Below, piece by piece: positions 51,297 through 64,000 of a stretch of DNA of 64,000 nucleotides. A program made the position numbers and the translations under genes. The notes below the pieces were generated by a model. The model saw only the letters and a list, made by a program, of their open reading frames with translations. It made no database searches and had not been told where the DNA came from. Within the stretch, counting starts at the first letter, position 1. The number at the start of each line of letters is the position of its first letter. Source of the stretch: Octopus sinensis (Eukaryota); NCBI RefSeq assembly GCF_006345805.1, contig NC_043006.1, forward strand, positions 20,026,001 through 20,090,000, given 5' to 3'.

Positions 51297-51476
51297 TAGG
51301 TGCAGAAGTGGCTGTGTGATAAGTAGCTTGCTTACCAACCACACGGTTCTGGGTTCAGTCCCACTGCATGGCACCTTGGGCAAGTGTCTTCTACTATAGC
51401 CTCGGCCCGACCAAAGCTTTGTGAGTGGATTTGGTAGACAGAAACTGAAAGAAGCCCGTCGTGTATCGTATATATG

Positions 51477-51509
<33 letters not shown>

Positions 51510-51730
51510 ATATGTTTGTGTGTATATGTTTGTGTCTGTGTTTGTCCCCCCCCCCAACATCACTTGGCAACCAATGCTGGTGTGCTTACGTCCCCGTAAC
51601 TTAGCGGTTCAACAAAAAGAGACCGATAGAATAAGTACTAGGCTTACAAAAAATAAGTCCTGGGGTCGATTTGTTCGACTAAAGGTGGTGCTCCAACATG
51701 GCCACAGTCATGACTGAAACAAGTAAAAAA
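51297..51730 (+). mobile_element. SINE C
   Basis: Full match to family C. Confidence 0.88.
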
Positions 51731-52152
51731 AAAAAAGTTACTCTTCGGTTAATTTTTAGTCTTCATCATCATCATCATCTTCATTATCACTACCACCACC
51801 ACCACCACCAGCAGTCTCATAACCTCTCTGTTACCACCACCGTTGGCTTTTACCTGACACCGTTGCCACCTCGAACTGGCTCTCATGACTGGATTCCTCG
51901 ACCATATCTCAATGAAGCTGCAACAATTGCTGAACATCGGCGCCGTGTCAGTGGACAATTTGGTAAGGAAGACACGAATGTTAACACAGAACAACACATG
52001 TGATGTTGTGGCAATGATTATGGCAGAGAGACTTGTAGGATGAAGAAGAGAGAGATTGAGTCCCTTGCTAGATAAGGGGTCCCCTGACATCACTTGCTCC
52101 ATTGCTTCCGGTCCTGTCGTTTTACCATCACTCCTCCACTGCTTACAAATTA

Positions 52153-52539
52153 GGAGGCGCAATGGCCCAGTGGTTAGGGCAGCGGACTCGCGGTCATAGG
52201 ATTGCGGTTTCGATTCCCAGACCGGGCGTTGTGAGTGTTTATTGAGCGAAAACACCTAAAAGCTCCACGAGGCTCCGGCAGGGGATGGTGGTGAAGAACC
52301 CTGCTGTACTCTTTCACCACAACTTTCTCTCACTCTTACTTCCTGTTTCTGTTGTACCTGTATTTCAAAGGGCCGGCCTTGTCACTCTCTGTGTCACGCT
52401 GAATATCCCCGAGAACTACGTTAAGGGTGCACGTGTCTGTGGAGTGCTCAGCCACTTACACGTTAATTTCACGAGCAGGCTGTTCCGTTGATTCGGATCA
52501 ACTGGAACCCTCATCGTCATAACCGTCGGAGTGCTTCCA
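52153..52539 (+). mobile_element. SINE A
   Basis: Full match to family A. Confidence 0.9.
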
Positions 52540-52589
52540 CAAAAGGGTTAGCATTCTCCTCATCATCGTTATCTGCATCCGTTGTTTTC

Positions 52590-52783
52590 ACTGCTGTCTT
52601 CAACATCATCATCACCATCATCATCATCATCATTATCAGCATCATTGTTGTTACCCACCCACCAGTCCACCCCACAAACACCACACCACTACAATACTAA
52701 TCACCTCCACCACCACCACCAACGCCACTGCCGCCACCACCACCACCACCACCACCGCCAAAACCACCACCACCACAACCACC

Positions 52784-52842
<59 letters not shown>

Positions 52843-52970
52843 CACTACTACCACTACTACTACTACTACTACAGCTCAAAAACTTATCATCACCATCACA
52901 ATCACCGCTATCACCCCAACCACCATTATCACTACCACCACCACCACCACCACTTTTACCATCACTAACA
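52590..52970. repeat. Compound (CAT)/(CAC)/(CTA) microsatellite
   Basis: Direct sequence. Confidence 0.9.
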
Positions 52971-53532
52971 AGTACAATGAAAATAACAACAACAGTAATA
53001 AGAAGAATGATTAATGGTTTATTTTTCTGGAGATATGAAACCCAGTATGTGTCCGGTACAGCAGCAATGTATGTATAAGTTAAGTAGGCTGTGTGTGTGT
53101 TTGTGTGTGTGTGTTTGTGTGTGTTTGTGTGTGTGTGTGTGTTTGTGTGTTTGTGTGTGTGTGTATGTATTTAGATATATGTATATATATATACAAACAC
53201 ACATGTGTGTATGTATATATGTGTGTGTGTGTATACAAACACACACATATATGTATGCACGTACACAAATATATATGTATTTATATAATTGTGTGTGTGT
53301 GTATGTATTTAGATATATGTATATATATATACAAACACACGCGTGTGTATGTATATATGTGTGTGTGTGTGTGTGTATACAAACGCACACATATATGTAT
53401 GCACGTACACAAATATATGTGTATTTATATAATTGTGTGTGTGTGTGTGTGTGTGTACACAAACACGCATACACGTGTGCACAATCTACACCATCGTCTT
53501 GATAATAGATGATAGATAAAATTCAAGCTAAC

Positions 53533-53744
53533 TGTTGTGTGGAAGTAGAACACCCCTATTTGGTTGGCTCCTAATGGACTGTGCCACAATATAAATGGAC
53601 ATGCACAGAGAGTGTGGGGAGAGAGTCGGTGAGCTGTGTAAAGCCGAGAGTTGCGTATTACGGAGTGCAATTACAAATATTGTGTATCTTGTGTAGAACG
53701 ATTTATTATCCCGTCATATCACATGTCGAACATGCGATACAACA
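53533..53744 (+). repeat. 5' LTR
   Basis: TGTTGTGTGGAAG...GATACAACA, then PBS-like GTGATGACAAGG. Confidence 0.85.
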
Positions 53745-53943
53745 GTGATGACAAGGATTCAGACAATATCACCACTGATACAACAGTGGCATCAAGGTTT
53801 CAGAGTGGGTGGCTTCTACTGTATATCACCGTGATCACTGTGACTGACCAGGCTATCAGATGTTGCTACACATCGCTGGTCACAATGCGCTTCACATTGT
53901 TTTAGCCTTCAACTGATTTCACCCCGCTGGCTAAGCGGGCAGG

Positions 53944-53976
<33 letters not shown>

Positions 53977-53979
<3 letters not shown>

Positions 53980-54660
53980 TATTATAAAAGGCAGATTTTA
54001 TCTGCCTCCCTTTGTCGCTTATAGAAATCTACAATATAGGATTTCTTCAATTACAATTTACCTAGCATTTTTAAGAGTAGAATGCATCGGGTTTTGCCAG
54101 GTCCACTTTTTAAAATTTCAACCCCAATTAAGCAAAATTTAGAGAAAACTCACATTGTGGTGTATGAGTCAAATGCTTCTCTTAGTGTGGTCTACAGCAC
54201 ACGCACACGCACACACACAGTGTGCAACGAATAAAGTGAAAGTAATTCACTGTGTGTGTGTTGACAGGTAGACAATAGAATGCGATGGCGATGGCGATGG
54301 CGATGTAATATTTGTTTCTGTCTATGACGCTGATAGATACATGAGTAAAATGTATGGGAAGCTAAGAGATAAGAGTGAGTGAAAATGTTCTTGGAAGAGA
54401 GTAAATAGCGAGAGAGTGATTTGAGGAAGACTTTACATTAAATAACCGTAGTGGCTTGTCAAATGAAGAGGAGTGAAAGGGTACTGGAGGAAATAGGATG
54501 AGTGAGGAAGATGGCCCCTAGCAACCACACCTTTTAAGATAGGGATTTCTAAGGTAGCCCACGAGCATCGTCACCTCATTCTACATGTCCCTGTAAATTT
54601 TGGAGCAAATCGGACGGAATAAAGTTATCTCTAAGAAACAGAAAGATCGCCCAAAAGTGT
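53977..54660 (+). mobile_element. Probable Helitron-like or unclassified repeat
   Basis: A|TCTTATTATAAAAG start typical of Helitron 5' ends; 3' end not identified. Confidence 0.35.
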
Positions 54661-54778
54661 ATATAGATATTTAAATGTATTTATATATTCATCTATACAC
54701 ACATGTATGTATAATGTGCGTGTATATATTTCCATAGAGGTAACCATTCAATCCATACAAAGTTTTTTAGGACGAAAA

Positions 54779-55623
54779 TATTTATATATAAAAGAAAGGT
54801 TGTGTGTCTGTCTACTCCGATTTAGATTCCTAACTACTCCCACATTTTGCGATGCAGTTTAACCAAAACCGGATATCTTATAGTCGTGATTCATATCGAG
54901 CCCTTCTGGGTATTAGCGCGCGTCTACGATGAGTCTATGATTTTACAAATAATTTACCATCATTTTTTCCATTTTAATGCATATTTTTTTAATAAAGGGA
55001 AGTAACTCTCAAACTTCACACCAATATGCGTGCTCATATGCGACGTAATATCACATCAGCAGCATTTCCTCACACCCTCCTTGCACTTGGCGAAGGCAAA
55101 ATACCAGGGAATAAAAATGGTAATATTGCCATCGATTCCATTTGTAACATTGTTAAGACGCCTTCTGATCTCAGAGATGCAGTGTTCCCAGATCTACAAG
55201 CTAATTATCAGAATATGGATTGGATTGGCAAAAAGGCTATACTGGCCCTGAGGAATAAAACTGTTCACCATATTAATGATGAAATGCTAAAACTCATTCC
55301 TGGGGAAGTCTATGTATATCAGTCTATCGATACAACTCCTGACCCAGAGAACGTCATCAACTATCCAATAGAGGTACTCAATTCCTTTGAGCACCCCGGA
55401 CTACCACCACACTTTCTCAAACTTAAAGTTGGTGCCCCTATAATGCTCATCAGAAATTTGGTTCCCCCAAAACAATGCAATGGCACACGTTTGATCGTTA
55501 AGTCCTTATCTCCCACCGTAAACTTATATCAATATTTGCCTGAATAATCATCATAATTCAGTGCAATCATTAACAGTACTTTCAAGCAATTCAGCCCCGA
55601 GCAACGCTGGGCAATTCTGCTAG
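54779..55623 (+). mobile_element. Helitron derivative carrying a Pif1-helicase fragment
   Basis: 5' body of the non-autonomous family, then the helicase fragment, then CCCGAGCAACGCTGGG...CTAG|T. Confidence 0.85.
55011..55547 (+). pseudogene. RepHel Pif1-family helicase fragment
   Basis: LHTNMRAH...LLALGEG...AILALRNKTVHHIN...GLPPHFLKLKVGAPIMLIRNL..CNGTRLIV. Confidence 0.88.
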
Positions 55624-56467
55624 TATATATATAAACGGCAAAGTGTTTGCTTGTGTGTCATTTATACAAATCCATAATTTTTCAGTTAGAGGGCTCGCAC
55701 TTTCTATGGTCATTCAAAACCGTCCAAGGGTGGTCGTGCACATCTTTACATTTCCCCAGTCACCCCACAAAGCCATTAAAAAATCAATAGAAGTGACTTT
55801 TTTGTGAATTTTCTATCCAAAACACAATCAAAATGCCCGAAACTTGATACGCCAATTGAATGCCAGCTAGCTGTATGTGATTGGACGGAAATTTGGACAG
55901 TACTCGCATGTATGTGCGCACACACGCAGCTATATATGCATGCACTTGCACTATGACCTTGCGTTTCTTCCAAGTGCAATGGTGGGAAATTTTTTTCCAT
56001 GCTGGATTTCTCAGACCTACCTCCAATTACTGGTAGATGAAGAACATGGTGCTAAAGTATTAACAATTAATACTCATAAAGGTCTGTACCATTTCAAAAG
56101 ACTGTCATTTGGGGTTAAGGTCGCACTAGCAATACTTCATATTTCAGTAAGTGATGGACACTACACTACCAGACTGTGAGCTTGCGGTTCCATTCTTGGA
56201 TGACATATTGATCAAAAGTGAATCGAGAGACCAGCATATTGAACATGTAAAAAATGTTTTTAAAAGAATAAGTGTCTATGGATTTAAAGTTAGTGAAAAT
56301 AAATGGGATTTCTTTTAACAAAAATAAAGTACTTGGGACAGGGGATCAATGAAAACGGACAAAAATCGGACCCTTCTAGGGTCGACACAATAAAAAATAT
56401 GCCTGCTCTCACTAACAAAACAACATTACAAGCATTTTTAGGTTTAGTAAGTTATTACCAGCTGTAT

Positions 56468-56856
56468 CTGGAGGCGCAATGGCCCAGTGGTTAGAGCAGC
56501 GGACTCGCGGTCATAGGATCGCGGTTTCGATTCCCAGACCGGGCGTTGTGAGTGTTTATTGAGCGAAAACACCTAAAGCTCCACGGTGCTCTGGCAGGGG
56601 ATGGTGGTGATCCCTGCTGTACTCTTTCACCACAACTTTCTCTCACTCTTACTTCCTGTTTCTGTTGTACCTGTATTTCAAAAGGGCCAGCCTTGTCACT
56701 CTCTGTGTCACACTGAATATCCCCGAGAACTACGTTAAGGGTACACGTGTCTGTGGAGTGCTCAGCCACTTACACGTTAATTTCACAAGCAGGCTGTTCC
56801 GTTGATTCAGATCAACCGGAACCCTCGTCGTCGTAACTGACGGAGTGCTTCCATCC
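56468..56856 (+). mobile_element. SINE A
   Basis: TSD ACCAGCTGTAT at 56457-56467 and 56857-56867. Confidence 0.9.
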
Positions 56857-57638
56857 ACCAGCTGTATATACTTTTAAATGTATGAGCTAAGAGTTTCATT
56901 GAATAATTTGCTAAAGAAGGACTTGAAATGGCACTGGACAAGTGAATGTCAGAAAGCATTCGAGGAATTAAAAAAGAGATTAACATCAGAGTTATCATTA
57001 ACTCATTTCAACCCAAACCTGAAAATATTTGTGGCATCGGATGCCAGTGAATATGGTATGGAAGCTGTGATATTGCATAAATTTGAGGATGGTAAAATCA
57101 AAACTATTGCACATACATCAAGAGTCCTCCTAGTAGCAAAAAAAAAAAACTACAGCCAGATCTAAAAGGAGGCTTTATCATTAATTTTTGCAGTAAGGAA
57201 ATTCCATAAATTCCTACATGGTAGGAAGTTTACACTGCAGACTGATCACTGACCGTTACTGTCTATTTTCAGTTCAAAAAAGGATATCCCCACACATTCA
57301 GTAAACCGTTTACAGTGCTGGGAGACTACCCTGTTGAACTATGGTTTTCAGATGGAGTTTTTGCCATCAAAGGAAATGGGACATGCAGACAGGTTGTCTA
57401 GGCTAATTCCAAAATATAAAGAACTTTTTGAAGAAATGGTGATTGCATCATTAAAACTAGAAATAGAACTGAAGAACATTTTGTGCAATGTACTACATGA
57501 TTTGCCAGTAATGCTGGAAGAAATTGAAATTAAAATTGGAAAAAGATATGTTCATAAACAAGATTTAAAAAATACTGTTGGAAAGTAATACGAAAGATAA
57601 TATAAATGAGCAGAATGCAGGTTCAAAGCGTTATTCAG

Positions 57639-57989
57639 TCCGGGATCCGGGACCCCCTTTGGTCACGACACTGACCATGGGATTGCACCTAGAAAGTTAC
57701 CCTCCTAGTCACAAGTCAGGGCAAGGTTGTTTTTATGGAAGACCAGCAGTCGCCCATGCATACCGGCCTCCCCTCTCCATGCCACCAGTGTTATCCAAGG
57801 GAAAGACAAAGGTCGATACAGCTTGGCACTCGTGACGTCGCAACTCATTTCTACAGCTGAGTGAACTGGAGCAACGTGAAATAAAGTGTCTTGCTCAAGA
57901 ACACAACACGCAGCCCGGTCCGGGATTCGAGCTCACAACCTCACGATCGTAAGCTCGACGCTCTAACCACTGAGCCATGCACCTTCACG
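57639..57989 (-). mobile_element. SINE D-like head with a third type of tail
   Basis: CORE-like head; TSD GTTATTCAGT on both sides. Confidence 0.8.
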
Positions 57990-58057
57990 TGTTATTCAGT
58001 ATGCGATGACTTATTATTATATGCACAAAGGGTGGTAATACCTGAAGAACTGAAAGA

Positions 58058-58390
58058 TGGTGAGCTGGCAGACTCGGTTAGCACACCGGGCGAAATGCGT
58101 AGCTGTATTTTGTCTGCCGTTACGTTCTGAATTCAAATTCCACCCAGGTCAACTTTGCCTTTCATCCTTTCGGGGTCGATAAATTAAGTACCAGTTACGC
58201 ACTGGAGTCGATGTAATCAACTTAATCGGTTTGTCCCCTCTATGTTTAGCCCCTTCATCATCATCATCATCGTTTAACGTCCGCTTTCCATGCTAGCATG
58301 GGTTGGACAGGTGCCAGTGAAGCAACGTTGGTAACGATCACGCTCGAATGGTGCCCTTTTACGTGCCCCTTGTGGGTAATAAAAAACAAA
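58058..58390 (+). mobile_element. SINE B containing an inverted LINE-tail fragment (~58255-58365)
   Basis: B head and body, then the reverse complement of the RTE tail, then the B tail resumes. Confidence 0.7.
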
Positions 58391-58849
58391 TACCTGAAAC
58401 ACTGAAAAACAGAATATTGAAAGATTTCCATGTAGGACATCTGGGGATTGCCTGGATGAAAAGCCTCATGAGGAGTTACGTGCATTGGCTGAACATGGAC
58501 AAACAATTTGAGAGACTAGTAAAATAATGTAGGGGATGCACTATGGCAGCAAGGGCGTCCTCAGTGCAGATACAGCCATGGCCAAAAACAAATTCAGCAT
58601 GGTCTAGATTGCATGTGGATTTTGCAGGACCAATAAATGATTCTTATTATATCATCGTGGTGGATAGCTATTTGAAATGGCCTGAAGTGTGTAAATGTTC
58701 AAGGCCAACCACAAATGCGACTATTGACTTCTTGGAAAAATTGTTACAATCATGTCAGATAAGGGCACACAATTCATGACGAAGGAGTTTGAAAAATTCT
58801 GTTGGTCAGTCTAGATGAAGCATGTGTTAACCATCCAAGGTCAAATGGG

Positions 58850-59238
58850 TTACTCTTTTACTTGTCTCAGTTATTTGACTGCGGCCATGCTGGAGCACTG
58901 CCTTTGGTCGAGCAAATTGACCCCAGGACTTATTCGTTGTAAGCCCAGTACTTATTCTATCGGTCTCTTTTGTGACGGGGATGTAAACACACCAGCATCG
59001 GTTGTCAAGCAATGCTAGGGGGACAAACACAGACACACAAACATATACACACACATACATATATATATACATATATACGACAGGCTTCTTTCAGTTTCCG
59101 TCTACCAAATCCACTCACAAGGCATTGGTCGGCCCGGGGCTATAGCAGAAGACACTTGCCCAAGATGCCACACAGTGGGACTGAACCCGGAACCATGTGG
59201 TTGGTAAGCAAGCTACTTACCACACAGCCACTCCTGCG
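58850..59238 (-). mobile_element. SINE C
   Basis: Full match to family C. Confidence 0.88.
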
Positions 59239-59615
59239 GGTTAGTTGAAAAATTCGTCAACACATTCAAGAGAGCCTTAAGAGAGACCAGAAGGAAAGCT
59301 TTTGAAGATAGAAATATGACAAAGTGCTTACAGGTATACAGAATAACACCGAATCCAAATACAGTCGGGTAGGTCACCCGCAGATTTGATGTTTACCCGA
59401 AAGATTTGTTCTGTGTTTGACAAATTGTTGTCGAGCAGGAAACGGAAAATACAAAATTCAGGAAGTAGAATGAAATTTTTTAACACAGGTGACAAAGTGT
59501 ATTTTAAAATGTATAAAAATGGAAAACAGGACGGGGAAAAAGGTAATATAACTGGACGTCTGGGTAATGTGATGTACGTGGTAAAAGGACCAAAATATGA
59601 ACATTGGATGGATGA

Positions 59616-60310
59616 TGGAAGCACTCCGTCGGTTCCGACGACGAGGATTCCGGTTGATCCGATCAACGGAACAGCCTGCTTGTGAAATTAACGTGTAAGT
59701 GGCTGAGCACTCCACAGACACGTGTACCCTTAACATAGTTCTCGGGGATATTCAGCGTGACACAGAGAGTGACAAGGCCGGCCCTTTGAAATACAGGTAC
59801 AACAGAAACAGGAAGTAAGAGTGAGAGAAAGTTGTGGTGAAAGAGTACAGCAGGGATCACCACCATCCCCTGCCGGAGCCTCGTGAAGCTTTAGGTGTTT
59901 TCGCTCAATAAACACTCACAACGCTCGATCTGGGAATCGAAACCGCGATCCTATGACCGCGAGTCTGCTGCCCTAACCACTGGGCTATTGCGCCTCCACG
60001 AAATTAACATGTAAGTGGCTGAGCACTCCACAGACACGTGAACCCTTAACGTAGTTCTCGGGGATATTCAGCGTGACACAGAGAGTGACAAGGCCGGCCC
60101 TTTGAAATACAGGTACAACAGAAACAGGAAGTAAGAGTGAGAGAAAGTTGTGGTGAAAGAGTACAGCAGGGATCACCACCATCCTCTGCTGGAGCCCCGT
60201 GGAGCTTTAGGTGTTTTCACTCAATAAACACTCACAACACCCGGTCTGGGAATCGAAACCGCGATATTACGACCGCGAGTCCGCTGCCCTAACCACTGGG
60301 CCATTGCGCC
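59616..60310 (-). mobile_element. SINE A head-to-tail dimer
   Basis: Full copy at 59617-59998 plus a tail-less copy at 59999-60310. Confidence 0.85.
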
Positions 60311-60517
60311 AAGATATACCAAAAATCAAGAAAGGTGAGATGAGCCAATGGATATATGGTGTGACCAGAACTGAAAGCACAAGTGAAAGCAGAACTGACA
60401 CGTAGGTCAAACAAGAAAAGAAAACATACAAAAAGGATGGAAATTAATGTCAAGAGAAAGAGTTGTGCCAGTTTCTCACCAAGGAAATAAAATTGTGATA
60501 AAAATAGAAGAATAAAT

Positions 60518-60676
60518 GTAGGAGTGGCTATGTGATAAGCAGCTTGCTTACCAACCACATGGTTCCGGGTTCAGTCCCACTGCGTGGTACTTTGCGCAAG
60601 TATCTTCTACTATAGCCTCAGACCGACCAAAGCCTTGTGAGTGGATTTGGTAGACAGAAACTGAAAGAAGCCCGTC

Positions 60677-60711
<35 letters not shown>

Positions 60712-63700
60712 CTGCTGACAGCCACTGACCAGATCTGTGGATGGAGCAAAGTACCATCTCAACCCAGAGTAACATGGTGGTGGAACACTGTGGTTGACAG
60801 GGCTATTAGACAAAAGAGACAGGCTTGGAAGGACTGGAAGAACGGTGGTAGCAGGGAATTGTATCAGACAGCCAGAAGGGAAGCTAGGAGACAGGTTTAT
60901 TTAGCCAGAGGGGAAGCGGATAAGAAAAAATTTGCCAATGTTCTGTGCCGTGAGGATGAAAGACTTGAGGTATTTCGTGTTGCAAGACAGTGTGTGAGAG
61001 AGAATCGTGATGTGGTAGGAGAGAAGTGTGTTTGCATGGATGATGGTTCACTTGCGCTAAATGAGGATGCAAAGAGAGAGGTTTGGAGATGCCACTATGA
61101 AAGGTTGCTGAATAAAGAAAATAAATGGGATAAAGAGAGTCTGCCGAATGTTGACCCAACAGAGGGACCAGCTATCCGAGTTGATAGTTCCGTGGTAGCT
61201 AAGGCAATTAGAAGCATGAAGACAGGGAAAGTCCCAGGCCCATCAGGAATTACTGCATAGATGCTCAAAATATCTGGCAGTGTCGGCTATAACCTAGTCA
61301 CCCGTATAGTCAACCAGGTGATACACGAAGGAGTCATACCCAATGACTGGTGTAGCAGCGTACTAGTCAACTGCTACAAAGGTAAAGGTGATGCCCTAGA
61401 TACAAATAATTACAGAGGTATCAAGCTGTTGGATCAGGTAATGAAGGTTACGGAGAGGGTCATAGCCCAACTAATTAGAGAGAGAGTTAGTTTAGATGAG
61501 ATGCAGTTTGGGTTTGTGCCAGGGAAAAGCACCACTGATGCTATATTCCTGGTAAGGCAGCTGCAGGAGAAATACCTAGCCAAAGACAAGCCCCTGTACC
61601 TGGCTTTCGTTGACATGGAGAAAGCCTTTGATAGGGTCCCCCGATCCCTCATCTGGTGGTCAATGAGGAAACTAGGGATAGATGAATGGCTGGTGAGGGC
61701 TGTGCAAGCCATGTACAGAGATGCCGTAAGCAAGGTTAGGGTTGGCAACATGTACACAGAAGAATTCAAAGTAGAGGTTGGGGTCCACCAGGGTTCAGTA
61801 TTCAGCCCCCTCCTATTTATCATAGTCCTCCAGGCAATAACAGAGGAATTCAAAACAGGTTGCCCCTGGGAGCTCCTCTATGCTGACGACCTTGCTCTAA
61901 TTGCTGAGTCACTATCAGAACTGGAGGAGAAGTTCCAGGTGTGGAAGGAGGGTTTAGAATCGAGGGGCCTTAGAGTCAACCTAGCTAAAACCAAAGTACT
62001 AATAAGTAGAAAGGTAGGCAATCCACAAATGTCCTCAGGAAGATGGCCCTGCTCGATCTGTAGAAAAGGTGTAGGTAGAAACTCTATAAGATGTACCCAG
62101 TGTAAGCTATGGACACATAAGAGGTGCAGCAATGTCAAAGGTAGGCTAACTGGGAAGATAGTTTTTATATGTGGCAGATGCTCAGGAGCATTGACCTCCG
62201 AAAATCTGTAGAAAACAACTTCCGTCACTTTCCAGGGGGAAAAATTAGAAGTAGTTGATAGCTTCCGTTATCTAGGTGACCAAGTCAGTAGTGGGGGTGG
62301 GTGCGCTGAGAGTGTAACTGCTAGAATAAGAATAGCCTGGGCAAAGTTTAGGGAGCTCTTACCTCTGCTGGTGACTAAAGGCCTCTCGCTCAGAGTAAAG
62401 GGCAGACTGTATGATGCATGTGTTCGAACTGCCATGCTACATGGCAGCGAAACATGGGCCGTGACTGCTGAGGACATGCATAAGCTCATGAGGAATGAAG
62501 CCAGTATGCTCCGATGGATGTGTAATGTCAGTGTACTTACTTGACAGAGCGTTAGTTCCCTGAGAGAAATGTTATACCTAAGAAGCATCAGTTGTTGCGT
62601 GCAAGAGAGACGATTGCGCTGGTATGGTCATGTGGCGAGAATGGATGAAGATAGGTGTGTGAGAAAGTGCCAATCCCTAGCAGTTGAGGGAACCCGTGGA
62701 AGAGGTAGACCCAGGAAAACCTGGGACGAGGTGGTGAAGCACGACCTTCGAACGTTAGGTCTCACCATGGAAATGACTAGAGACTGAGACCTATGGAAGT
62801 ATGCTGTGCGTGAGAAGACCCGGCAAGGCTAGTGAAGCCATAACCCGTGGGCCCTACCTGGGACGTAGTCAGTCCACCTGTGCATACCTTCCTGCTTGTG
62901 ACACTTGTGAAGACCTGTTGAGGCAAATCAAATCAGAGTCAAATCGAATCAAGTCAAACCTAATCAAAATAGATGAACATCAATGGAATTTGTATCCTTG
63001 TGGTACCAGTGCCGGTGGCACATAAGAAAACCATCCGAACGGGACCATAGCCAGTACCGCATCGACTGGCCTCTGTGCCGTGGGCACATAACAAACACCA
63101 TCCGATCGTAGCTGTTCGCCAGCCTCGTCTGGCACCTGTGTCAGTGGCACATAAAAAACACCATCCGAGCGTGGCCGTCTGCCAGCCTCGTCTGGCACCT
63201 GTGTCGGTGGCACATAAAAAACACCATCCGAGCGTGGCCGTCTGCCAGCCTCGTCTGGCACCTGTGTCGGTGGCACATAAAATCACCCACTACACTCTCG
63301 GAGTGGTTGGCGTTGGGAAGGGCATCCAGCTGTAGAAACACTGCCAGATCTGACTGGCCTGGTGTAGCCTTCGGGCTTGCCAGACCCCAGTTGAACCGTC
63401 CAACCCATGCTAGCATAGAAAGCGGACGTTAAACGATGATGATGATGATGATGATGATATATATACACACAACGGGCTTCTTTCATATGTATATGTATGT
63501 GTGTGTATATGTTTGTGTGTCTGTGTTTGTCTCCCCAACATTGCTTGACAACCAATGCTGGTGTGTTTACGTCCCCATAACTTAGCAGTTCGGCAAAAGA
63601 GACCAATAGAATAAGTACTAGGCTTACAAAGAATAAGTCCCAGGGTCAATTCGCTCGACTAAAGGCAGGGCTCCAGCATGGCTCCAGTCACATGACTGAA

Positions 63701-63720
63701 ACAAGTAAAAGAGTAAAAAA
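60518..63720 (+). mobile_element. SINE C split by a LINE in its internal microsatellite
   Basis: 5' half at 60518-60710; 3' half at ~63480-63720. Confidence 0.8.
60711..63458 (+). mobile_element. RTE-clade LINE, 5'-truncated; RT with an embedded Cys/His (PHD-like) finger
   Basis: One reading frame to 62832 with four in-frame stops (61258, 62209, 62542, 62785); QFGF, DMEKAFD, GVHQGS, LYADD; 63-bp tandem repeats in the 3' UTR; (GAT)n tail. Confidence 0.93.
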
Positions 63721-63771
63721 GGAGTAAATGAATACAAAAAAAGTGGACAAAGCCAATCTCAAAAGGGGAGG

Positions 63772-63993
63772 TGTTGTGTGGAAGTAGAACACCCCTATTT
63801 GTTTGGCTCCTAATGGACTGTGTCACAATATAAATGGACATGCACAGAGAGTGTGGGGAGAGAGTCGGTGAGCTGTGTAAAGCCAAGAGTTGCGTATTAT
63901 GGAATGTAAATACAAGTATTGTGTATCTTGTGTAGAACGATTTGTGAGGACGTTATACGATATATCCCGTTATATCCATCGTGCAATACTACA
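63772..63993 (+). repeat. 3' LTR
   Basis: Direct repeat of 53533-53744, preceded by the PPT. Confidence 0.85.
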
Positions 63994-64000
63994 CTAATCA

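Larger units (their letters stand above)
55995..60470 (+). pseudogene. Gypsy pol relic (RT, RNase H, integrase) split by SINEs
   Basis: TINTHKGLYHFKRLSFG, FLDDILI, SDASEYG, LQTDH, HVGHLG..CRGC, RLHVDFAGP..VVDSYLKWPE, SDKGTQF. Confidence 0.92.
53533..63993 (+). mobile_element. Decayed LTR-to-LTR Gypsy retrotransposon with nested insertions
   Basis: LTRs at 53533-53744 and 63772-63993 (TG...CA); PPT AAAAGGGGAGG at 63761-63771; 5-bp TSD CTAAC/CTAAT; pol fragments inside. Confidence 0.85.

Noticed and set aside
51790-52140. Unique stretch considered as the next exon of the FAM167-like gene
   Set aside because: No frame gives the expected MxxQDxxL continuation, and no good acceptor was found

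Overview
Eukaryotic, AT-rich, repeat-saturated DNA. It is most likely a coleoid cephalopod (Octopus-like), inferred from the tRNA-derived SINE families and microsatellite load. No intact multi-exon host gene is visible. The best host-gene candidate is a Gln-rich exon (40363-41540, +) with a 1-nt frameshift. It ends in a GTGAGT donor just after a FAM167/DUF3259-like 'ALKWIQQEM' motif. The rest is layered mobile DNA. There are four SINE families, labelled A-D here for convenience only. There are also RTE, CR1 and Tx1 LINE relics, Penelope-like relics, non-autonomous Helitrons (one keeps a Pif1-helicase fragment) and several MITE types. Gypsy relics include a decayed but LTR-to-LTR element (53533-63993, with PPT and 5-bp TSD) that hosts nested Helitrons, SINEs and a LINE. 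Two signals stand out. (1) Several type I hammerhead ribozyme folds with palindromic or minimal stem III and hairpin-bearing loop II lie at 27.4, 28.5, 28.8, 29.3 and 48.7 kb, in Penelope-like or ORF-less elements next to (TA)n. (2) SINE-B forms one-head, many-body tandem arrays (2-6 units) inside single TSD pairs, always joined at its own GGTATTTC motif. One young copy is inserted at exactly that motif of an old copy, which suggests self-targeted insertion. All coordinates and alignments were read by eye; no searches or folding were run.
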